Shown here: positions 26,224 through 32,000 of the stretch, piece by piece
Layout of the letters: each line of letters opens with the position of its first letter
Position numbering within the stretch: position 1 is the stretch's first letter
Source of the DNA: Deltaproteobacteria bacterium
GTDB taxonomy: Bacteria > SAR324 > XYD2-FULL-50-16
Length of the DNA: 32,000 bases
Reading direction: 5' to 3'
NCBI GenBank assembly: GCA_018657625.1
Contig: JABHWU010000113.1
Coordinates: forward strand, 10,101 to 42,100
The notes under the pieces: model-generated
The model's input: only the letters and a program-made list of their open reading frames with translations
What the model was told of the DNA's origin: nothing
Databases searched by the model: none
Translations under genes and position numbers: made by a program

Positions 26224-27399
26224 CTATTGAATCAATGCTAAAGTTTTTGATACAACCTCTAATTGGAGGCTGATGCCATTCGCTGCCAGTATATTCTTGA
26301 TTTCAACATCTGTAATACCGGGGATATCATATACTATCGTGACGATTCTTTGAACGGTCCCGATCTCTAATCCTTTTTCTAGATCATTGACTGGTTTCAA
26401 ATCCGGGAATATTTCCAGCAATGCACGATGTGTTACTGATACTATTTTATTTTTAAGATCTTGTTGACCGCTTATAGCCTGTTGATTTTTATTTTCTAAA
26501 TGTTTGATATTATTTTTTAATTGCTGATTTTTATTTTCTAAATGTTTGATATTATTTTTTAATTGCTGATTTTTGTTTTCCACCTGTTTAATGGTATCAT
26601 TTAATTGTTGAACTTCCTTTTTTAATTGTTGAACTTCTTTGTTTAATTGTTGAACTTCCTTTTTTAATTGTTGAACTTCTTTGTTTAATTGTTGAACTTC
26701 CTTTTTTAATTGTTGAACTTCTTTGTTTAATTGTCGAATTTCCTTTTTTAATTGTTGAACTTCCTTGTTTAACTGTTGAACTTCCTTGTTTAATTGTCGA
26801 ATTTCCTTGTTTAATTGTCGAATTTCATCATTTAACTGACGGATGTGTGCTTTTTTTAGAGCCAACAAGTGGTATATAGATTTTGGATTTGATTGATCAA
26901 TATCGCTTAAAGAGCCTGAAAGTGCTTTTTGTATTTTTTGGGTGAGTTCTGTTTCATTTAAATAGTCACCTTTAATGCGGATTAATACTTTGTTTTTTAC
27001 CAATTTGAAATTGTATTTCAGATGATCACTGTCGGTAAATAAAAATCCGGCAGGGATGGCCGGTTTTAAATCAATACTATCTTGTTGAAAAGAATCGATA
27101 ATAACAATAATACTAATCAAATTTTGTTGAATATTAAAATGTAGATTTTGAATACCGATGTTTTGCCATGAATGAAATAGTTTGTTTAATTCAATGATTC
27201 TCGGGAACTGTTTCTCTTCATATTGATGCTGATATTTTATGGTTAATAAATAACCATCCGGGTCCGTTAACTCAATATGTTTATTGGCGGTATTAATAGT
27301 CTGTTCTAAGACGTTAAATCCATATTTTGGCCAATTATAAGCTGCAAAAACAGAGAACGGTAACAAACAGAAAAGAATCATTGAAATCAGTTTTTTCAT
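26224..27399 (-). CDS. Secreted coiled-coil protein with a perfectly heptad-periodic repeat core
   Basis: 391 aa with the signal peptide MKKLISMILFCLLPFSVFA. A roughly 170-aa N-terminal domain is followed by about 17 uninterrupted heptads of the E(I/V)(R/Q)QL(N/K)K type and an 80-aa C-terminal domain. The ATG lies 12 nt after the upstream gene stop, preceded by AGGT. Confidence 0.8.
   Translation of the reverse strand: MKKLISMILFCLLPFSVFAAYNWPKYGFNVLEQTINTANKHIELTDPDGYLLTIKYQHQYEEKQFPRIIELNKLFHSWQNIGIQNLHFNIQQNLISIIVIIDSFQQDSIDLKPAIPAGFLFTDSDHLKYNFKLVKNKVLIRIKGDYLNETELTQKIQKALSGSLSDIDQSNPKSIYHLLALKKAHIRQLNDEIRQLNKEIRQLNKEVQQLNKEVQQLKKEIRQLNKEVQQLKKEVQQLNKEVQQLKKEVQQLNKEVQQLKKEVQQLNDTIKQVENKNQQLKNNIKHLENKNQQLKNNIKHLENKNQQAISGQQDLKNKIVSVTHRALLEIFPDLKPVNDLEKGLEIGTVQRIVTIVYDIPGITDVEIKNILAANGISLQLEVVSKTLALIQ
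26480..26835. repeat. Intragenic 21-bp tandem repeat array (about 17 units)
   Basis: Two 42-bp units at 26480-26563 differ at one base. Three exact copies of the 42-bp dimer ttgttgaacttccttttttaa/ttgttgaacttctttgtttaa occupy 26605-26730. Five further 21-bp variants run to 26835. All are in frame within the 26224-27399 CDS. Confidence 0.95.
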
Positions 27400-27411
27400 T
27401 TGGATTACCTA

Positions 27412-28902
27412 TTAAAATCTAAAAATCAATTTATCGAACGGCTGAGCGGTCTTATTTTTAATCAAGGCGGTTACGGTGGCTTTAATTGTATCATCGATAG
27501 ATGTTATCAAAAGTTCACCGATGTACTCTTCATCCTTTCTATAAATGCCCGCGATCATTCCTGTTTTAACAGATATGGCCGGGTTAACATAAATATCGAG
27601 TTGATTTGATTGTACTTGTATTATAAATCCACCCTCTGAATACTGTTGCATTAGTATGGTTAAAGCATTCTGGTATATTTGTAAGGATTGGTCTTTGTTT
27701 GTAATGGTGCGCTCTTTTTCCCGAATGATACGCTCTTTGTCTTCCACTTCCAGTGACACCAGGATAAGATTTGAATTCAAGGCCGTAATTGCCTGATTCT
27801 TATTGCGGATCGTTTCCTCTCTTGTATCAATGACCAGGTTTTTTGAAGCAATGATTGTATTTTTGGACTTAACCACTTGTTTAATGCGTTTGATTAAATT
27901 TTCATAATCATGGGATATGGAGTATGTCAGGTCATTGATTTTTTTGATTGCAGGTTTGATGGAATTAAAATAAGGAATCCGATTCAGCCGATCTGTAATC
28001 TCAAAGAATTTATCAATTTTTGTTCGAAAACTTTTGAAATCATATTGTGTAAAAACCCCTTCAAATAACAAAAATTCGTCAAACGAATCCAGATAACTAT
28101 ATTGATTTATAATTCCTTTTTTATTTTCCATGATGTTAGTGATCCGTTTAGACTTGAATACCGGATTATATTTTAAAACGATATAGTCTACATAGGCTTC
28201 GTAATATTCCTTTAAAGCAACCACACCGGAATCATGTTCTTTTTTTAATTTGGCATTCTTGATTGCATTTAGTTTGTCGATATTGCTGATAAATTTTGAT
28301 TTTTGATTTTCACCAGTTTCTTTTTCTTTTTCTATTTCACTTTCAATTTTAGAAATTTCCTGTTCTTTTTTCGTGGTACTTAATTTAAAATTTGAATTAA
28401 TTGCTTCAATAGCAATTAATTCCGCATTTCGGTTTTCTAAGATCAGTTTATCTGTTTTCTGATCATTTAAATCTTTTGCAAGAATACCAATTTCATTTTG
28501 ATAGTATTGCTTTTGAACAATTAAGATCTCTTTTTTCTCATTAATTTTGATGATATCCAGTTGAATTTTCAACAAGTCAAGATTGTTTTCATAACGTGTG
28601 GCAGAATCAATAACATCTTTGAGACGTAAATCTTCCAGGTCGCTAATATTAATTTCAAAATCTTTACTTTGTTGTTCTACAATTTTTGTAAAATAGAAAA
28701 CACTGCCAATCACCACCGTAAAAAACAGCAATATTGAAAAATAAAGTAATAGATTTTTATTTCTTTTTGTTTTGATCAGCTCTGTTTCTAAATCATAGAA
28801 TTCAGTAACCGCATCTATATCTTTAATTTCTTTGGGAAGAAATCGTGAGGTACCGTTAGCTTTCTTCTCTATTTCGTTTGCATTTGCCATATTCCATTCC
28901 AA
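27412..28902 (-). CDS. Membrane-anchored coiled-coil protein, unknown function
   Basis: 496 aa. A short basic N-terminus is followed by one TM segment (LLLYFSILLFFTVVIGSVFYF) and long Lys/Glu/Ile-rich helical segments. A small C-terminal beta-like domain follows (GGFIIQVQSNQLDIYVNPA...). The start overlaps the end of the cyclase gene. I recognise no family. Confidence 0.7.
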   Translation of the reverse strand: MEWNMANANEIEKKANGTSRFLPKEIKDIDAVTEFYDLETELIKTKRNKNLLLYFSILLFFTVVIGSVFYFTKIVEQQSKDFEINISDLEDLRLKDVIDSATRYENNLDLLKIQLDIIKINEKKEILIVQKQYYQNEIGILAKDLNDQKTDKLILENRNAELIAIEAINSNFKLSTTKKEQEISKIESEIEKEKETGENQKSKFISNIDKLNAIKNAKLKKEHDSGVVALKEYYEAYVDYIVLKYNPVFKSKRITNIMENKKGIINQYSYLDSFDEFLLFEGVFTQYDFKSFRTKIDKFFEITDRLNRIPYFNSIKPAIKKINDLTYSISHDYENLIKRIKQVVKSKNTIIASKNLVIDTREETIRNKNQAITALNSNLILVSLEVEDKERIIREKERTITNKDQSLQIYQNALTILMQQYSEGGFIIQVQSNQLDIYVNPAISVKTGMIAGIYRKDEEYIGELLITSIDDTIKATVTALIKNKTAQPFDKLIFRF

Positions 28903-30545
28903 TTATCGGGACAAGTTTCTTGAGTTCTGAATTTAAATACTTCTGCCAATGGAAGTGAGCATTTATTGAATGATTGATTCGCTTCGGGCCAATTACCGTT
29001 GTAATACTGTTCTAATCCTATTTGAAAATCCGTCATTTGTTTTTTCAAATCTTCGGTAAAAAGCTCACGTGTGATTGGCCAAAAGACTTTTTTACCAGTT
29101 GTTTTACCTTTCACCTGGACGGTATCAATTTCATAGAATTCGATGCCGTGATCAGAGACATTGTTCTTAATATCGTTCATTACAAATTTTGAACAAATCA
29201 CTGGAATTTTGTAGACCCGTGTTAATCCCTCTAGCCTGGATGCAGCATTGACATTATCTCCAATAACGGTGTTAGTCATCCTGACATAAGAACCCAGCGT
29301 ACCATAAAAAACCTGACCACCATCGATACCAACACCTATTTCAAGTAATACTGCTTCATAAACACGCCATTCATCATCTGTAAGTTCTCCCTGCTCTTTT
29401 TCAATAGTGGCTTTAATATCACTCATTCTATTTCGAAGTTCTTCTGTAGCATCCTGGAGTTCATAAGCAGTTAAAACGGCCAAATGAGATTTGTTTTGCT
29501 CGGATTTTAAGACACCAAAGACTGATAATATGGCATCTCCAATGATAGAGCCAATCACGCCTTGGTTTTTAACAACTTTCCGGATCGCATCATCGTAGTA
29601 CATATTCAGTAAATTGATGATTTCATTTCCTAAAGTCTCTGTGATAAAGGTAAAACTTTTAATATCCGAAAACAGGATCGTTAGCTCCTGACTGGTACCT
29701 TCCAGTTTAACCTCGCGTTCTCTGTAGGCTTTATTAACAATATCCTGATTGGTAAATTTCTGGAAGATATGAATCAGATTGTTAATTAAACTTGAAAGGG
29801 AATTGAAGGCCACACCCAAATAGGTGATATCGTCATTGGAGGCGTTTTTAAGATCGATAATACCCAGTTCCTGAGATGAGATCATTCTTTGAATTTCAAC
29901 TGTGATATAATGGATATACCGCAGCAGGTACCTTAACATTAATACACCAATAATTGCCATGAGGATTGAAATCGCAATAATAATATATGAAATATTTTTA
30001 AATATCGCCCGGGATTCAGCATAAAATTCATTCAGTTCTTCTGCTCTTAAAAGAAACGCGTCCCACTTAGTGTTATATTTATAAACACCAAAGTATTCTT
30101 CTCCATTAAATTTAAAATGAATTTGGCCTTCATCCTGATTTTGATCCAGCTGTGTGTTAATGTGATTGAGAACAGTCTGATCATTAAAGGTATCAATTTT
30201 GGCGATATGGGAAGCCTGGAGCAGTATTTTTCCATCCCTCTTTACACCCAACAATACAGCTTTTTGGTTTTTCAATTCTCGCCGCCCATTTTGTTCAATA
30301 CTGGAAATAGAACTTTCAAAGTCGTTATCAAATTGATAGATGGCATGCTGATTGTTGCAATAGGAATACATACTTTTTAAATCTTTAATCAGCAATTGGT
30401 TCATTAATTTGAATAACTCGGTTCGATTAAATATTAAATTAATATAATTTGTGGAAAAATTAGAGATTAAGATAAATAAGGTAAAAGAAATAACAATTTT
30501 AATCGTAACGGGAACCACTCTAACTTTGCTATTTTTTGTTTTCAT
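28869..30545 (-). CDS. Class III adenylate/guanylate cyclase with extracytoplasmic sensor and HAMP domain
   Basis: 558 aa with two TM segments flanking a roughly 150-aa outside domain and a HAMP-like linker. Cyclase catalytic blocks are LTILFSDIKSFTFITETLG, IGDAILSVFG, GTLGSYVRMTNTVIGDNVNAASRLEG and VQVKGK. Confidence 0.9.
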   Translation of the reverse strand: MKTKNSKVRVVPVTIKIVISFTLFILISNFSTNYINLIFNRTELFKLMNQLLIKDLKSMYSYCNNQHAIYQFDNDFESSISSIEQNGRRELKNQKAVLLGVKRDGKILLQASHIAKIDTFNDQTVLNHINTQLDQNQDEGQIHFKFNGEEYFGVYKYNTKWDAFLLRAEELNEFYAESRAIFKNISYIIIAISILMAIIGVLMLRYLLRYIHYITVEIQRMISSQELGIIDLKNASNDDITYLGVAFNSLSSLINNLIHIFQKFTNQDIVNKAYREREVKLEGTSQELTILFSDIKSFTFITETLGNEIINLLNMYYDDAIRKVVKNQGVIGSIIGDAILSVFGVLKSEQNKSHLAVLTAYELQDATEELRNRMSDIKATIEKEQGELTDDEWRVYEAVLLEIGVGIDGGQVFYGTLGSYVRMTNTVIGDNVNAASRLEGLTRVYKIPVICSKFVMNDIKNNVSDHGIEFYEIDTVQVKGKTTGKKVFWPITRELFTEDLKKQMTDFQIGLEQYYNGNWPEANQSFNKCSLPLAEVFKFRTQETCPDNWNGIWQMQTK

Positions 30546-30816
30546 AGATGATTATATACTTTTGGTTTGGCGGCTCTTTTTTAGAAAATAGAAGAAAACC
30601 AATTATTCGGATTGTAATACTTCCTTTGAAAATTAGCTGAAAAAAGCACAATGATCAACTTTTTATTTGGGTTAAATCGAAAATTTTTGATGCCAATATT
30701 TTTTTTTCTTTTAAAATACATTGATAATGATTTCTGCAAATTAAATGGGAGCCTGTGGGCAACATGATGTTGTTTGTAATCATCAGGTTTGATATTAATA
30801 TATGGTAAGGTGCCAC

Positions 30817-30840
30817 AAAAAAAAAAGCGGTTCTTCGCTG
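30817..30840 (-). terminator. Possible intrinsic terminator (short stem plus T10 on the minus strand)
   Basis: The minus strand reads CAGCGaagaacCGCTTTTTTTTTTG. The stem is only 4-5 bp but is followed by a 10-T run. It lies about 200 nt downstream of the rubredoxin stop and upstream of the cyclase promoter region. Confidence 0.35.
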
Positions 30841-31034
30841 TATAGTTTTTGGCCCTGGTATTATTTCGGGAATTGATTTTGGCTAGGAAAGTTGATCATT
30901 ATCCAACCGCAAAATTAAAACTATAGGTCAATCATCTGGCTAAATGATGTTGACTTATCATTGCATATCTCGCCTTATTCGAAGGATAGGACTACGTTTT
31001 GAAAGACACTATTAAAAGTCAGTGGGGTAATGAA

Positions 31035-31211
31035 TTATATTTTAGCCATCGGTTTAAAATCATCTTTATTGGCACCACATTCCGGGCAGATCCAGTCTTC
31101 GGGTAAATCGTCAAAAGAGGTGTTTTCAGGAATTCCGATTTCCGGATCTCCAAAACTGGGGTCGTATACGAATGTACAATACATACAGCGGTGATTCATC
31201 ATTTCAGACAT
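31035..31211 (-). CDS. Rubredoxin
   Basis: Below the ORF-track size cut-off. The minus-strand ATG at 31211 is preceded by GGAGtttaact. The 58-aa product is MSEMMNHRCMYCTFVYDPSFGDPEIGIPENTSFDDLPEDWICPECGANKDDFKPMAKI. It has both Cys pairs (CxxC, CPxCG) and the conserved Y/DP/F/DLP/W rubredoxin pattern. Confidence 0.9.
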   Translation of the reverse strand: MSEMMNHRCMYCTFVYDPSFGDPEIGIPENTSFDDLPEDWICPECGANKDDFKPMAKI

Positions 31212-31426
31212 AGTTAAACTCCTAATAAATTTTATTCAGAATAACGGTTATTGCTACTCTCTGCAATCAAAATAATAGCGCTGGACAGTTTTATCTTCCG
31301 GGTACAAAATAATTTAATTTTTATGATGAATACTGTTAAAACAGTTGTTAATTACCTTAGTAACCTTTTGCAAAAATTGAAAATTCCGTTGTTAATGACA
31401 ACCCCAGAATTATACTGAAAACGATT

Positions 31427-31754
31427 ATGAAAATACATGTTTTGGTGGATAATAATACCCTGGTTGATAGATATTACCTGGCAGAACCGGGGTTTTCAGT
31501 TTTAATAGAAGTTGAAGGCCTCAGGGTTTTATTCGATACTGGTTATTCTGATATTTTTTTACGAAATGCTCAAAAAATGGGTCTGAACCTTACCCATCTT
31601 GATTATGTTGCTTTATCATATAGTCACCTGGATCACACCTGGGGACCTGAAAATAATCCACGCTTGTCATTGTACTGACTTAAAATCGAAAATAGCTCTG
31701 TCAAAAGTGGTTGAAGTAAAAGAAGTCGGCGTCGGGCTTGTTCTGAATTATTAA
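31427..31754 (+). pseudogene. MBL-fold metallohydrolase remnant with a large internal deletion and frameshift
   Basis: The N-terminal 75 aa (MKIHVLVDNN...EPGFSVLIE...LFDTGYS...SHLDHTWG) match the start of roughly 260-290-aa MBL-fold proteins. The frame then stops at 31678. A different frame continues IHACHCTDLKSKIALSKVVEVKEVGVGLVLNY* (to 31754), which looks like the family C-terminus. The middle of the gene is therefore missing. Confidence 0.7.
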
Positions 31755-31858
31755 ACCTGGTATTTAGTAAAGTGTTTACGATGAACTCGGGGTGCTCGTT
31801 ATCCTGTGCAAGCCAAATCGATGCCCGGTAACATATAAGCAATGATCTTACGCAGATG

Positions 31859-31936
31859 TGTAGGGTGGGCAGCTTTTTTTGCCCACGCTGAAGAAGATGG
31901 GCGTGCGACTCAGGTGCGACCCAGGCCCATCCTACA
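31859..31936. repeat. GC-rich nested inverted-repeat element (REP/MITE-like)
   Basis: The outer arms are TGTAGGGTGGGC (31859-31870) and GCCCATCCTACA (31925-31936), matching at 11 of 12 positions. An inner perfect hairpin is GTGGGCA-8 nt-TGCCCAC (31865-31886). A second hairpin is GATGGGC...GCCCATC. A GTGCGAC direct repeat is also present. Confidence 0.5.
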
Positions 31937-32000
31937 GTTTTGTAATATGTTAAAATTGAATCCCCTGAGCCAGGACTGTTTTACCACTCCAGTTTACTGT

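Noticed and set aside
26055-26273. 72-aa ORF in the recX / coiled-coil intergenic region
   Set aside because: It has no RBS, and it overlaps the 3' end of the coiled-coil gene by 50 nt on the opposite strand. Its composition looks non-coding. The region more likely holds the recX promoter and the upstream operon's terminator.
26480-26835. Regular 21/42-bp repeats as a possible CRISPR array
   Set aside because: The units are contiguous with no unique spacers. They are in frame inside a long ORF and encode sensible heptads. No cas genes are present.
31633-31842. 69-aa minus-strand ORF over the MBL remnant
   Set aside because: It is antisense to recognisable MBL-family C-terminal coding sequence and has no motif or RBS.
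1-32000. Search for mobile elements, defence systems, tRNA/rRNA or prophage content
   Set aside because: I could not recognise any transposase, integrase, recombinase, restriction, toxin-antitoxin, Cas, reverse transcriptase or phage structural motif in any long ORF. No tRNA-like T-loop or acceptor pattern was seen in the intergenic regions. Absence by eye is not proof.

Overview
This is a visibly AT-rich bacterial chromosomal segment. Its gene content suggests a strict anaerobe, possibly a sulfate-reducer-like Desulfobacterota organism, but the taxon is only a guess. From left to right the window holds:
- an RND efflux locus with two divergent membrane-fusion adaptors;
- a solute-binding protein / sensor histidine kinase / atypical MCP-like cluster;
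- a long minus-strand operon led by a cobalamin riboswitch, encoding a signal-peptide CbiK cobaltochelatase, an ABC-2 pair, a BtuCDF-like importer and a CbiL/CobI-type methyltransferase;
- divergent from that operon, an alaX-like gene followed by the mercury-methylation pair hgcA-hgcB. HgcA has the NVWCAAGK cap-helix motif. HgcB has CMECGSC and a C-terminal CC;
- a decayed ABC ATPase remnant plus about 0.8 kb of poorly coding DNA;
- cysE, a DcrH-like MCP with a C-terminal hemerythrin domain, ychJ and mutY;
- superoxide reductase and recX, bracketed by a roughly 40-bp direct repeat;
- a three-gene operon of a class III nucleotidyl cyclase plus two coiled-coil envelope proteins, one carrying a near-perfect 21-bp x 17 tandem array;
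- a rubredoxin gene missing from the ORF track;
- an internally deleted MBL-fold pseudogene followed by a GC-rich nested inverted repeat.

I saw no rRNA, tRNA, CRISPR, transposase, integrase or recognisable defence genes. Two observations stand out. First, hgcAB sits back-to-back with a B12-riboswitch corrinoid-supply operon. Second, I cannot assign the cyclase/coiled-coil operon to any described system. All homology calls rest on motif recognition by eye, because no searches were run.
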